A stretch of 64,000 bases of DNA from Bispira polyomma (GCA_965649765.1 OZ287754.1:50654001-50718000); one strand, 5' to 3'. Counted from the stretch's first letter, positions 49,283 to 62,799 are shown. The notes: a model not told the origin generated them from the letters alone. Numbers and translations are program-made.

Positions 49283-51739
49283 GGACACAAAACTGTAAAG
49301 TTTTTATAGAAACCCAAGGACCACCAGAAGTCCCCAGGGTTATTGCTATTAAAGAACTTAAATGCTTACAACATTTGATTAAGTAAACAATGTTACCATC
49401 TCTTAAGACTCTGAAACCTATTTTTGAACATTGCACTTTTTGCACATTCTTTTTAATAGTCTTTGATTTTTTTAATTTATTAATAATGAATACTGAAAAT
49501 GAATTCTGTTGTTATATACTTCCTTTTCATGGAATGGGCAATCAAGAATTTATGAAATTGCATAACTCCTGTGTATATATGGATGTTATAAACAAGCTAG
49601 ATTTGTCTACAAGTAATTGTAACTGTTATTGTGAAAGTTTAGTTGGTGGTGGTGATGATGTTGTTAATTCCACCAATCAATCAATGTAATTACTACACGG
49701 AAGGTGAAGTAAAACATAAATAAAAAAAATAATAGGTTGTCAGTTATATATTTCAATGCTAGAAGTTTAAAAAGAATTTTAACAATATTCAGTTATGCTT
49801 ATGCAACATTGATTTAAAATTTTACATTATAGCAATTTCTGAAAATTGGTTGGACAATGAGAACAAAGATTTATTTAAACTGGCTAGTTACCAGGTATTA
49901 CATGTAATGAGAAATGACAGAAAGGGTGGTGGCTGTTGAATATATATTAAAGATACAATTCAATACATTGTTGTTACAAGTTTTACTTCAAGTATTTCTA
50001 ATTTACTTGAATGTGCAACAGTAGAATTTAATATAGTAAACAATAAAAAGTGGTAACGTGTTGTCTATAAAGAACACCAGGAGGTTGTCTTAAAGAATTT
50101 AATAGTAACTGGGAAGAACTTATAACTAAACACAACATTGGTAATAAGTTTATGTATATTTGTGGGGACTTTAATATAAACTTATTAAGTAGTGATGTTC
50201 ACTATGATACACAAAAATTGCTAGATGTAATGTATGGCAATGGATTTTATCCTTTGATTCATAAATTAAAAGTGCTACCCTAATCGTCAATATTTTCACC
50301 AGTGATTTCACTGAAACTATTGAAAGTGGTATAATAATTAATGATATCAGTGACCACTTACCTGTCTTTGTGTGTTGTAACCAAAAGGTTGAAATTTGGG
50401 TAAAAACACATTGCATGTACTCCAGAGTAGTAAGTGAAGAAAGTTGATCTTTTCTTAAGCTAAGACTACATAGTGCTAATTGGGAAAGTGTGCAAATATG
50501 TAATAATGTAAATATGGCATATGATAGTTTTGTTACCATTTACAAAAAAGCTTATGAAGAATGTCCGATTAAAAAGACTTTTGTTAAATATAAAAGTTGC
50601 TCAAAACCCTGGTTTACAGCAGGTCTAAAAATGCTTGTAAAAAGAAAAACAATATGTATAAGAAATATATGAATACAAAAATCATATAAATGGTTGCAAA
50701 ATTATAAAAAATATAAGAATAAACCAACTCACATTTTAAGATGTGAAGAAAAAAGATACTACAATAACCTACTTGAAAAGCATCAAAATAACATTAAAAA
50801 AATATGGAAAATAATAAAGGAAATAATCAAAAAAAAGAAAACAGAGTCAAGTTACCGAGATAAATGTATTATTCAGACACTAAAGGTATTGCAGATGGGT
50901 TCAATAAATTTTTCACAAATGTGGGGATAAAAATTTGGCCAAAAAGATCATGAAGCCGATAGGAACAAGTATCTCTGATACAATGCATCAGAGGAATGTT
51001 AGATCAATGTTTTTGATTGAAGTTACCGATGGTGAATTATTAAAAATATTGAGATCCTTTTTAAACAAATGTATCTAACAAGTATATCCTTTATAAAACA
51101 TGTATGTTGTAAAATCCACTTTTTTGTCTATTGTTGAACCATTTAAACATGTCTTTATCTTATCATTTTCAAGAGGAATTTTTCATAACATAAAAGTTAC
51201 TAAAGTAATTCCATATTTAAATCAGGTAAAATCAATACTTTTAACAACTACAGACCTGTATCCCCTCTATCCCAGTTCTCAAAAATTTTGGAAAAATTGT
51301 TGGAACATAGACTGAAATCATTTGCAGAAAAAAATGAAATCCTTACAGATTCACAGTACGGATTTAGATATAAGAGTTCTACTTCTTTAGCACTAATTGA
51401 TTTAATAAAAAGATTAACAAATGGTTTAGACAATAAAAAAGTTACTATAGCTTTTCTCATTGCCCTCAAAAAGGCATTTGATACAATAGACCATAAATTA
51501 TTGATTACTAAACTTGAATATTATGGGGTAAGAGGTTTTGCCTTGGATTGGGTTAATTCATATTTACAGAATAGATAACAATTTGTTAACATAAATTGAA
51601 TAAATTCTGATTTTTTGAATGTGTTATGTGGTGTACCTCAGGGCTCCATTTTTGGACCCAAATTAATCTTATTGTATATTAATGACATCTGTAATGTGTC
51701 CAAATTGTTAAATTTTATTTGCTGATGACATTAATATAT

Positions 51740-51964
51740 TGTTGTATTCTATTCTCATACAACAAATACATTAATATATGAGTTCACTTCATAAATACAC
51801 ATAGACACATAAAGACAATATATAACTTACTTACTGATCTTGTACACTGGCCCCGTCTCCATCTGCCACAGCCCCTTATATACTGTCGTGGGAGTTAAGG
51901 GCGCTACTAATTCTCGGAGCTCCGCGCTCTCGAATATATTGTGGGAATTTCCGGGGCTACTACA
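51740..51964 (-). mobile_element. 225-bp solo LTR (Gypsy-like) inserted in the CR1 RT
   Basis: TGT..ACA ends; 4-bp TSD ATAT (51736-51739, 51965-51968); TATATAAG on - strand; removal restores ADDINIFYTGDN. Confidence 0.82.
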
Positions 51965-52209
51965 ATATTTTATACAGGTGACAATGTTGAGAGTGTAAGT
52001 CATTTTATCTCTAATGAATTAAATAAGTTGAATGTGTGGTTTTCTGTGAACAAGTTATCTTTGAATGTCTTCAAAACAAACTTTATGATTTTTAGGAAAA
52101 AAAGGTATAGAACAATATAACTGTGCACATTATTAGTCAGTCCATAGAGAGAGTTTATGTTACCAAATTTCTGTGTGTATATTGATCAAGATCTAAATTG
52201 AGGTACATC

Positions 52210-53835
52210 TGAGGCTAAGTTGGTTGGCCTCAGTGACTAAACTAATAACACTATCATTTGTTCATACACATAAACTGTTGATCATTTTACAGCGTATTAC
52301 AGGAACATGGCCAACACCCATTTGTACATATATGCCACTCATACAAACACCAGGGTCACGTCGTATACACATAAGATTTCTAAAAACATTATGGAAAGCA
52401 AGAGTCACTTTGTTACAAACAGAATTTGGATACTTCATCCACAACTGAGAAGTATAAAAATTACATATATAGGATTTAAACAGACGGACATTCACTTCAC
52501 TCGAACACATTTTGAACCTATTTATCAGCATATTTCCCTGAGTATATATAGAGTGGATTTGTCTTTTGATGTCATCTGTATCACTGAGGTTATCTGCTGA
52601 TATATGGCCAAGATATTTATAGACAGTAACGAAGCTTATGGGCATCTCCATATTGGCTCACATATATTTACTAGCTTTTGTAATACTTTTATAGATGGGC
52701 AGATGAGAACTATATCATCAGAATACATCATGTGATTTGTTATATGATTACTGATAAAGCAGCCAGCTTGGCAATTGTTTACGAGATGACTCAATTCATC
52801 CATGTATATAGAGAACAGCAATGGTGATAGAATTCCTCCCTGACGTACACCATTTTGAATTTTAAGGTAGGAAGAAGTACAGTTACTCCAGCGAATGGAA
52901 ACATTCTGCATAGTATACCAATAGTATATGATACGAGTAATAACTACTGAGGTACCCCGTTTTTGTAACTTTTCAAATAACTTGTCATATCTTATTCTAT
53001 CAAAAGCTTTAGAAGCATCCATGAAACAGGCAAAGACTAAAGAGTTGTGTGTATTGTAAAAACGTATAAGTTCCTACAACTATAGCCATTTCAGTAGTAT
53101 GATTGGGTTTATAGCCAAACTGATTATCAGTAGTTGTAATACAGTTTAACATCCGATCACGTAAAATATTTTCAAAAAACTTTTGATGCAGATGTTGAGA
53201 GACATACAGGTTTGTAGTTTGACTTGTAAGGATCTGCATATTTAAGATGTTCTACCATGATGTTAGCAATGCCGGAACTCTTGTTATTTGGGAGCGATGC
53301 AATTGCTTCAGACACATCCACAGAGCTAACAATCATGTTATTCTCATAGCTCACACTATCAAAGACAGTCTCTTGTTCAGAAGAAACACTATTAAAGAGC
53401 AACTCAAAGTGATCCTTTCACATATTTATAACTTTTTCAATGCCACTAGTATCATTGATACTGTATGGTAATAATACTTTATTATTGTTAGTGCGGCGAA
53501 TTTCTCTCCAAAAATCATTATAGTTATTGTTGCTTAGAGTGTTTGCCATCTTGTTTGCTTTAATCTTGGCCACATTTTTTCGACACGAGCATAGCGCATA
53601 TTTGAAGCTGGCCCGTGTTTGTCTCATTAGTTCTGCCATTTGACCATTTTTGGGCTTGTTGAAGTTCATCCAGAGGAAGAAAGCATCACGAGCAGCCAGA
53701 TAGGCTTCTTTGACAAGATCGTTCCAGCCAGGAGTTTGTTGAACATACATTTGCAAAAACCTTTTGCTGTTTTATTGCCAGTTAATTTTTCAGATACTAG
53801 CAAATTGTCAATAATGTTGTCATACAAAGACTCTA
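52210..53835 (-). mobile_element. Truncated RTEX-like LINE relic inserted in the CR1 RT C-terminus
   Basis: PGWND..ARDAFFLW..TRASFKYAL, NQFGYK, MDASKAFDRI, NGVRQGGILSP, MYSDDIVL, YKYLGHI; same clade signature as 1812-6588. Confidence 0.88.
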
Positions 53836-54393
53836 TATCTTAAACATTGGTACCTTATTAACCTTATATAATGCTACTTTTCTGCCTTTTTTTATTGTAT
53901 TGTTCAGAAGTTTAGGGAAAAAGTAGTAAAACATATTTGAACCCATTGATTGTATTGCTTGCAAAAAAAGGGTTGTGAGAATAATTTGTAAATGTGGATA
54001 TAAGACCCATACTTCAAGCCTTTTTAAAAGTACAAATTTATTTAAATTTAATGATTTAATTGATTTTAAAATAGTTATGATAATGTATAAAGCCACTATA
54101 AGCTACTTCCACGAAGTATTCACTTGTTTTCACTAAAATTCAAACAATGTATATCAGACAAGGCAAAAGCACAAATTCAGTGTTGAATATGTGAGAATGC
54201 AGCACATTCAGCAAAAACACAATGTTTGTTTGTTTATGGTGTCAAGTTATGGAACAACCTAGATGAAAGTATTTTCAATTGTACCTCTTTATCTAGATTC
54301 AAAATGGTTTACAAAAATAGCTTAACATGTAAATATTAACATCTCTAATTATTATTATTGTTCAGGAAATTTTTTAATACTTAAATTTATATA

Positions 54394-57300
54394 TGTTACA
54401 GGGAATATGTGTAATCAGGGAATACGCGTATTCCCTGAAATTTTTAGGGAATACGCGTATTCCCTGAAATTTTTAGGGAATACGAGTATTCCCTGTTTTG
54501 GTCAGGGAATACGCGTATTCCCTAAAATTTCCAGGGAATACGCGTATTCCCTGAAATTATGAGGTATTTCTTACACATATTCACTGAACAAAATTCAGTG
54601 AATATGTGTAACACAAAATTAATGTAACAATATGCACATAAAATGGTTTTTATTCTTAATGGATTATTTTAATGGAATAAATTAATATCATATATAAGTA
54701 TAACTTCAGTTTCTGTTCAGTTTCATACATATACTTTATGTGTAAAATTTTCTTATGAGAGATTATAATACTATATCAATATGTTAATAAGATTAATAGT
54801 TTGTTTATTTCATTGGCTTCCCATTAGACCCAAGTAATTGTTCTTAAAATGTATCTTTAATGTTTCCAAATAACCTGATGTCTTCTTATAATGAAATAAT
54901 AGCTTACATACTGTATTGACATTAATAGGATTAATATTTTTAAATAATTGAAGCTACAACCCTCAGTGGCTTCTCAGGATACCCTGGTAATTGTTCTTAA
55001 AAGATTTCTTTAATGTTCCTAAATAATCTGATGTCTTCTTATAATTAAATAATGGCTTCCAATCAAGAAATTAGCATAAAAAGATAAAATAATCATTATA
55101 CATATACAGTTAATTCTCAGGATTATAAAGCTGATAGAATTACTTCAGAATGTACAGTTGATTGCTTTGAAGTATCAACAAAGGTATTTGGAGTGCAATA
55201 GGCTCATATCAGATGTACAGTTAATTGCAGTGGCTTCTCACCTAAATATTGTTCAGTTCTTTCTAAGTTTCTTTTCATTCAAAGAAACATCAAATATCAT
55301 TCAATATAAAAGGATAAATTTCAAAAGCCTATAGAATTATAATCAATTGCAATTTTATTAAGGCCTGACATGGTTTGGGTGATATATAAGCTGAAGATTT
55401 TCAGTTATGTTCATTCATGATTTAGTAATCAGTACAATGGATAACTCAATTGAAGACCAATTTAAAAGAGATCTCTTTGGGAAATATGAAAAAACTAAAA
55501 AAAATTTCATTCCAAAAGATGAGTATTATCAACTGGTTGAAGAAGTCAAACTTGCCAGCCAACAGCCAAATGACAGCCAAATGTAAAAACAAGACATGAA
55601 TACTACCTCTTGGCAAAGTAAGTATTTTTTAACTGGCTTACAAACTAAAGTAAATTTCACAAATAATTTTTCAGACTACATAAAATTGTAAAATGTAATA
55701 TAATTGAATTTAAACTGTATTTTACTTCAAATATAAACCACAATGTAAGAAAATCCCGATGTCATCATTCAATTATTTACTGTTATATGGAAACTTCATG
55801 TTATTATTATTATGTTTTTCAGATATGAAGTTCTACAATGATGTTGAAAAACTCATTAGGAAACGCAACTTACATCTGAGTTTAACAGCAGAGGTCAAGT
55901 TGACTTAATAGACATGCAGTCTATGGAAGCAAACAAGTCAAAATGGATTTTAGTGTATCAGGATCATTTGACCAAATTTTGTGTCTTGAAGGCATTTACT
56001 TCCAAGCGTGCTTCAGAAGTAGCTTATCACCTTGTTGACATCTTCCTTATGTTAGGAGCACCTATGATCTTACAATCGGATAATGGACGCGAATTTACAT
56101 CTACAGTAATTGAGCAACTGAAACTAATCTGGTCTGATTTGAAGATAATCCATGGTAAGCCACGACATCCTCAGAGCCAAGGGTCCGTTGAACGTGCTAA
56201 CGGTGATATTAAGGATATGCTTGCTGCTTGGTTAGGTGATAACAATACAGGAGACTGGACAATGGGGATAAAATTTGTTCACTCCAGGCCTCTTCCAATG
56301 ATGATATACCATGTCCTTCAGAGGATTTGCCATCACTCCAGGCTTCTTCTCATGATGATATACCATGTCCTTCAGAGGATTCAACAGGCAATTCAGAGGA
56401 GTCAACTCCCATCAGTGAAAACTCTACTCCATCCAGGGACCAAGCTCCGTGCTTAACACATATTCATGTAGATCATCCACCAAATGACCAAACAACCTCC
56501 ACTCCTCATGAACCTCCACTGCTAACCCCACAGGTACTACATCTACAGGAGAGACAGGCTCAAATATCCACTCACCGAGTAGCTGCAAAACGCTCACAAG
56601 CAAGTCAAGCAGACAGGATGATAAAAAGGAGACGTTTAGTCTTGGTTCCTGCAGAAGTTGGCAGTACAGTCACCATACCAATCCCTTCAGTGGACCGTGG
56701 TCGAGGGGACCCAAGAAATCTAATTGGGAAGATTGCCACGAAAGACCAAAAAACAGAGCAGTACAAATTAGCAGTAAAGGCTGGAGTACTGAAGGGGTCT
56801 TTTTCAAGGAATCAGTTTGAGGTTTGTAATCAGGATCCTATAACTGATAGTGACATTAATAAGGACAAGGAAGTATCAATAAGGGAGGCAGCTATTGAAA
56901 GTTCAAGGAGTGGAGGTCAGGGGTTTCAAAAATGCAACTGTACTGCTAATCAATGTCAATCAAACAGGTGTAAATGCTTTAAGGCCAAGATCAAATGTAA
57001 CAGTAGATGCCACTCAAGTTTATCTTGCCCAAACAAATGATCCACCAGATAAGTATGGAATTCTTTTGTCTGTCAAATTGTATGTTGATATGTCTCATTG
57101 TAATAAATTGTAAATTTCTACCAATGGTTAAGTATTACATAAGTAAGTGTTTATTGTAATAAATGGTAAATTTCTACCAATGGTTAAGTATCACATATAA
57201 GTAAGTGTGTTTCTGTGTAAAATTGTATGTAGAAAAAGTAACCATTATATTAAATAAGTACATGTACATATACTTCTTATATTGTGTCTGTTTAACATTG

Positions 57301-57573
57301 AATGTGAATGTCTTTAAATTAATGGAACAAATAAATTAATGGAACAAATAAATAAATGATGATTAAATTTTAGTTTTTATGTTTTTAGTACAATTGAATC
57401 AATATCATTATATTGAAATAACTTTGTTAAACTTAATTCAGGGAATACGTGTATTCCCTGATGGTGAAAATCAGGGAATACGCGTATTCCCTGACCAAAA
57501 CAGGGAATACGCGTATTCCCTAACAATTTCAGGGAATATGCGTATTCCCTGATTACACATATTCCCTGTAACA
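54394..57573 (+). mobile_element. Ginger (Ginger2/TDD-like) DNA transposon with integrase-type transposase
   Basis: TGTTACAGGGAATATGTGTAATCAGGG.. TIRs with arrays of cagggaatacgcgtattccctg palindromes; TATA TSD (54390-54393, 57574-57577); rve integrase inside. Confidence 0.88.
55437..57040 (+). pseudogene. Ginger transposase (SCAND3/KRBA2-like rve integrase with C-terminal Cys-rich domain); intron 55618-55822; disrupted
   Basis: ATG 55437 downstream of TATATAA 55383; GTAAGT..TTTCAG intron; RGQVDLIDMQ, QDHLTKF, LQSDNGREF, PRHPQSQGSVERAN; KCNC..CQSNRCKCFKAKIKCNSRCHSSLSC; 11-bp duplication at 55562-55583 and internal deletions. Confidence 0.88.
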
Positions 57574-57899
57574 TATATATATATTAAGTGTTAATTTAAC
57601 ATATGTGACAAAATTGTACATTTTTTTGACTGTTAAATGACCAATATTCACTGTATGTAATTAAATAACACATAAATAACATCTGATAATACATCTATGC
57701 AATGTTTATGCCTGAACTTTTTAAAACTAAAATGAGAGTATAAATATAGTCAAAAACCAAACCTAAAATTACTTAAATACACTTTACCACTTTGTACTCT
57801 CACTAAACTGCAGCTTTAAATGTAAACTTAAACATGCATGCACTGTGTGTTAAATTTACTACAACTTCATGACATCCCAATACATTTATTTAAATCTAA

Positions 57900-58800
57900 T
57901 GTTAGTCATTCGAGGTGTTGAATATTCATTACCCTAAAACCTAAAATTGTTGGGCAAGAATCAGAAATTGAGGTACATAAAGGGTTAGTAACTCTTAGGA
58001 GATCTGACCGTGGATGAGGGAGGTCTTAGGTAGTGTAGGCTGTTGAAATAAGTGACTGTTGAAGTGCTTTCTCAAACAGGTAACAAGCTGAATCTAACTG
58101 GTAAAACTAACCAATTCCAAAGAGAGGGTGCAACGTAGCTGAATGACTTGGTGAAGTATTTGTAAGACCTGTGGAGGTTTCTATCAAAAAATCCTAAAGA
58201 AGTTTAGGCTTTGGATAACTGTGTGTGATGTTCCTGGAAATATGTGTAACAGTTGAGGGTATTCTTATTAGAGACTGGTTAACTATATATAAGAGCTTTA
58301 AATTGAATGTACCCATGCAGCCAGTTTTTGAATTCCAAATTTAACGGGAACCAATGGATTTTATCTAATTGATATGTTATGTGGCTGAAACATGAGGAGC
58401 AGGTAACAACTTTACAGAGGGAAAACTTTGCACAGCTGCATTATATCGATGTCAAATAAATATAATATCCTGTATAAATTTCGAATGTGCATTGTGACAG
58501 ACTTGCTAACTTAAGAGACATGGGCAGACGAAGACAGCTGTAGATGAACACTACATCAAGATTCCTGACTTGTGCAGACACAATACACTGATTACCTAAG
58601 AGGTTTGTAGGAAACCATGGTAGGAAAGGTTTTATCTTTTGATCCAATTGGAATGAAATCAGTTTTATTTGGGTTTAACTTAAATTTGTTGGAGAACATA
58701 AATTGGTGGATGTCGTTGGTCAGTACTTTAATAGATTTATTGAAGCTAGCAGGTGACAGTTAATATAGAGCTGGGGTTCATCAGCATATAAATGATTTCT
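57900..58800 (-). mobile_element. Highly decayed L2/CR1 RT relic
   Basis: HLYADEPQLY (~58765-58795), VRNLDVVF, and a W-N/PPR-like 3' remnant. Confidence 0.6.
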
Positions 58801-58940
58801 ATTACCATGTATGCCCTATGTATACCCTGTGGTATATTGTGATCTTTGCTTGTGAATAAAAATGTGAAAATAATTAGCAATAAATGATATCTTACACTGA
58901 TACATTAAATGCACCCTCTGTGTCTTTATTGAACCCAGCA

Positions 58941-59115
58941 ACATTACACAGGCTAACAGACTATTAATTCTACATTACACAGGCTAACAGACTATTAATT
59001 CTACATTACACAGGCTAACAGACTATTAATTCTACATTACACAGGCTAACAGACTATTAATTCTACATTACACAGGCTAACAGACTATTAATTCTACATT
59101 ACACAGGCTAACAGA
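58941..59115 (+). repeat. Perfect 31-bp minisatellite, ~5.6 copies
   Basis: acattacacaggctaacagactattaattct at 58941, 58972, 59003, 59034, 59065 and 59096 (partial). Confidence 0.97.
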
Positions 59116-59123
59116 TTCTGCGT

Positions 59124-59265
59124 GGGGCCACAGTGGCCTAGTGGTTAGAATCTTTAGCTTTACAATCACTTGCCTCTCAGTTTCTGACCAATGTGGGGTT
59201 AATCCTGTTATTTCCTTTTGTGAAAAGTTTGTCAGTACTTATTCTGTCCACCATTAAATCTAACA
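59124..59265 (+). mobile_element. Degenerate SINE of the 23299 family, interrupted by TIR elements
   Basis: ggggccacagtggcctagtggttag..acaatcact.g.ctctca, matching the head of 23299-23569. Confidence 0.7.
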
Positions 59266-59985
59266 ACAGTAGGCGCATTCAGGTATTCTTACGGAAATAA
59301 GCCCCGCCCACTTGGAGACATCAAGGTTTGAAACTATGTTGATTTCCGATGGAAATGATTTTAATTTTAGGTTGAAATAATGTTGATTTCTGGTTGAAAT
59401 CTTGGTGATATTAAATCAAAATCATGTTCATATTTGGTTAGAATTGGGTTGGATTAAGGTTGAAATTTCACGTTGAATTCAAGTTGATACCAGTTTGACT
59501 TAACACCATTTAATACTTTGATTTCTTTTTTTGATTAAAATTCAATTAACATAGTTATAGTATGTCTTCAAAAAAGTACATATTAAAACAATTAATTAAG
59601 TCCTCACAAGATTAAAACAATAATAAAACTATTAAAATCTTTCAATCTAATATTATTTACCAGCCAAATCGGTTAGGATTACTCTGAAGAAAACAATAAC
59701 CAACCTTTTCATATCTACCAGCAAAATGTATTTGCCTTACTGAAACTACATTTACATATCAGCTAGTATACTGACCTAACATTCACCATTGACAGTGCAG
59801 CATCTTATCACACATGCTCTGGTGTTCTCATTTTACAGGACACTGCATAAGGGTATTTTTTTAAACGCACTTAAACTGACAGATATATCAACAAAAAAGG
59901 AGAGAATGAGCAAAGAAAATTAAATTGAAAAGTTTTGTTCCCCTAACAGTTAGATGGGTTCAAAAATTTCAATGTAATGTAATTG

Positions 59986-61604
59986 TGTTAGAGCCCAACT
60001 TCCGATTTGACCAATCTTAAGATGGGCTATAGCCCAACTTAGAATCCTAAGTTTGGTAGCCTATCTTAAGATGGGTCAGATTGGTAGAAAAACTAGCCAA
60101 ACTTGAGATTGGATTAAAATTGAAAACTTAAGATGAGATTGTAAATGTTTGAATTGTATAATAATTAATTCACATGATGATGATTTAATGTTAATTTTTT
60201 AATGTAATGACAGGTTTAAAGTTTAATATTAAATGTTACAGTTATTGCTTGTTTTACTGATAAATTTACATTGATAATATATATTTTCTATAAGTGTGTT
60301 TCTCTTGTAAAAGTGCTTTTTGATAGAATAATTCAGGTTTAAAATTCATTATTGGGTGTTCATACCTATTCCTTAAAATATATTCCTTGTCTTACTGATA
60401 AATTTACATGAATTACATTTATAATGCATGTTTCTGTGACAAATTCTCTATTGAAAACTGCCCTACATTGCTGTTATATCACAATAAGTTTATCCATTCA
60501 CTATGCATTTTTACAAATTAATTTAATAAACCTTTATATAATGAGAAGCCATGTATAGATTGATTTGTTTGTAAGGACTAAAACTATGATTAACTTAATA
60601 AACCTTGATATAATGGTTAATCAGCTTAACTAACTTAAGCATTGGTAATCATGTTCATCCTTTGATAAATGAAATTAAATGGGGAGCCACCACTGTAGGT
60701 TGATTTGTTTGACCTAACTGGATGTGTGATTAAATAGCTTAACTAGCTTTTGTGTTGGTAATCATGGCCACCGTTTGATGAATGAAATTAAATAGGAAAC
60801 CACCACCATATGTTGATTTGTTTGACCTAACTGGATGTGTGATTAAATAGCTTAACTGGCTTTAGTATTGGTAATCATGTCCACCCTTTGATAAATGAAA
60901 TTAAATAGGAAGCTACAGCTCTAAGTTGATTTTTTTGTTCTAATTGGATGTGTGATTAAGTAGTTAACTGGCTTTAGTTTTGGTAATCATGTCCACCAAT
61001 AGAAAAGTGACTAAATGCGAAATATTGCTAATATATCTACAATATTTGTAATAAATTAATAATCATTTTATATCATACTAATATCTTTAAATATTCCTTT
61101 TTTATGTTTGTTCATATAAAATATACTTTATGTCCTACGTGACTACGTAAATTCTCGAGACAGTTTAAAAAGACAAGAAAAATGTCACTAAATGTTAGAT
61201 ATTGTCTTTATCTTTTTGATAAATTGGTAAAATTAATGAATTTTATTGACTATATTTTTACATTCCTATTTTTGTTACTTTATATACAATATAGTTAATA
61301 CAATAGTACAATATAGTGCTAAATGGCTGTACAAATTTTGTACACATGTTTAAATAGACAAGAGAAAGGTCACTAAATGCTATAAATCAAATATAATCAA
61401 ATTTTACCTTATATCTTTTCATATTCCAATATATTATGTTCCTGCATATAAAATCTAAAGTTGAGTTAGTTTTTGATTTTAATCCAATCTCAAGTTTGGC
61501 TAGTGTTTTTCCTGAACCATCTTAAGATAGGCTGCCAAAATAGGATCCTGAATTGGGCTATAGCCCATCTTAAGATTGGCCAAATCGGAAGTTGGGCTCC
61601 AACA
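59986..61604. mobile_element. Inner non-autonomous TIR element with TGT termini and 4-bp TSD (Ginger-like)
   Basis: tgttagagcccaacttccgatttgaccaatcttaagatgggctatagccca.. / ..tgggctatagcccatcttaagattggccaaatcggaagttgggctccaaca (~135-bp TIR); ATTG TSD at 59982-59985 and 61605-61608. Confidence 0.85.
60620..61000 (+). repeat. ~113-bp tandem repeat, ~3.3 copies, inside the TIR element
   Basis: aatgaaattaaat at 60668, 60781 and 60894; ttggtaatcatg recurs four times. Confidence 0.85.
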
Positions 61605-62799
61605 ATTGAACATACATATATCTGAATTATGACTTGTTTTTACATTTTGTTATTGACATGAACTAACAATTTAAAGAATAATTTGGCCCAGTTCTATGTA
61701 CACTGTAATGTTTTGCATTCTATAACATGCACAAACAATTTTCACTTTCACAATAGGTGTGTCCTGACTGAAAGTATAGTGACAGCCAGAAAATGTATAG
61801 CAGAAGGTGAAGTGATATTGTTTTACAAATGATCTCTAAACTTAATGTTAACTTGCCACTGAAAAGACTGAATTAACTGTTAGATTAAGTGTAGCTTTCC
61901 CACAAAGAATAACTAGTGATAAAATTTTAGGCTTCACTCCACTGTTATTTACTATTATTTTTAATAAAAAATTACATGAGGCTTCAGGACGTTCATAGAC
62001 ATATACCTGCAATTTTTAGCAAATCTTTTTTTAATTTGATGTTTGACATATCAATATTTTTTGACAAAATGAAAACCGAAATGATCTAGTTGTGGCCTTA
62101 TATATTTATCTTGAAAAACAGCTTTAATGAAACAGTTATATTAAATTATTCTGACCAAAGATTTTTCATTTCAAAATGTTGGTTTCTAGTCTTGTTCTTA
62201 TTGTGCCACATCAATAACAAATCTCAACCTAGTTTCTAAGTCGGTAGTAACACTATAGTTTTATATTGATTATTTGACCTTGGTTTCTTGTTTTTATTGT
62301 GCAATGTCGACAACCAAATCTCAACCTAGTTTCTAAGTCAATAGTAGCAATATGAATTAATAGAAATTTATAGAAATGAAATTGAGGTTATCAACCACCA
62401 ATTCTAAGTTGAAATCAGGTTGTGTGCCCGCTGGGTAAGTACCAGTAACTACCAACACTTACTGGAAAGTGTACCACCAGAATGAAAGTAGATATCAGAC
62501 AACATATGTTGGTAACTTCAGTATTTACTTTTTTCCAGTAACTACCACCCGAACAGAAACCAGTACGAACTGGTTTCCAAAAGTGAATAAAGTGATTACA
62601 TTTGCATTCACCCGAATGCGCCTATTGATTGAAAGGAATAGATCTGTTTTCCATAAATATCATGCAAAAAATTTCATCCATGTCTGTAAACTTAAAAGTA
62701 ATACTAGCAACATCTTTTAACAATCGCTTTTAGGCATGTTCAGGAGTAACAAACAAATGAACTAATGTTTTGACATGGGAATTACAGTTTGCAATATTC

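Larger units (their letters stand above)
40597..54340 (+). mobile_element. Old CR1-group LINE acting as host of a nested insertion stack; surviving pieces 40597-41076, 43240-43255, 49283-51739, 51965-52205 and 53845-54340
   Basis: ORF1 LEQYTRIDNVIISGL..IVVRFVNRK..VYFNEHLT..(rejoined) KEKAISSTWTQNCKVFI; ORF2 FNARSL, AISENWL, RKGGG, CGDFNINL, ISDHLP, QYGFR, KAFDTIDH, GVPQGSI, FADD, GVKLWNNL, with many frameshifts. Confidence 0.88.
59307..62435. mobile_element. Middle non-autonomous element with CCCA.. termini and GTTGA/TCAAC subterminal repeats (CACTA/EnSpm-like)
   Basis: GTTGA-rich left arm 59325-59500, TCAAC/GTTGA-rich right arm 62210-62430 ending tgtgtgcccgctggg; left terminus decayed. Confidence 0.5.
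59270..62624. mobile_element. Outer non-autonomous TIR element (TAG-start TIR, superfamily uncertain) of a three-layer nest
   Basis: taggcgcattcaggt ... acccgaatgcgccta inverted termini (14/15). Confidence 0.6.

Noticed and set aside
54416-54556. CRISPR-like palindromic repeats with short spacers
   Set aside because: They are subterminal repeats of a transposon TIR, mirrored at 57437-57573.
57574-57592. Shared (TA)nTTAAGTG flank of both Ginger elements as an extended target preference
   Set aside because: Only two sites in AT-rich DNA; the flank at 27770 seems to belong to another MITE relic.
58941-59115. Possible CRISPR array
   Set aside because: Units are head-to-tail with no unique spacers, there are no cas genes, and the context is eukaryotic.
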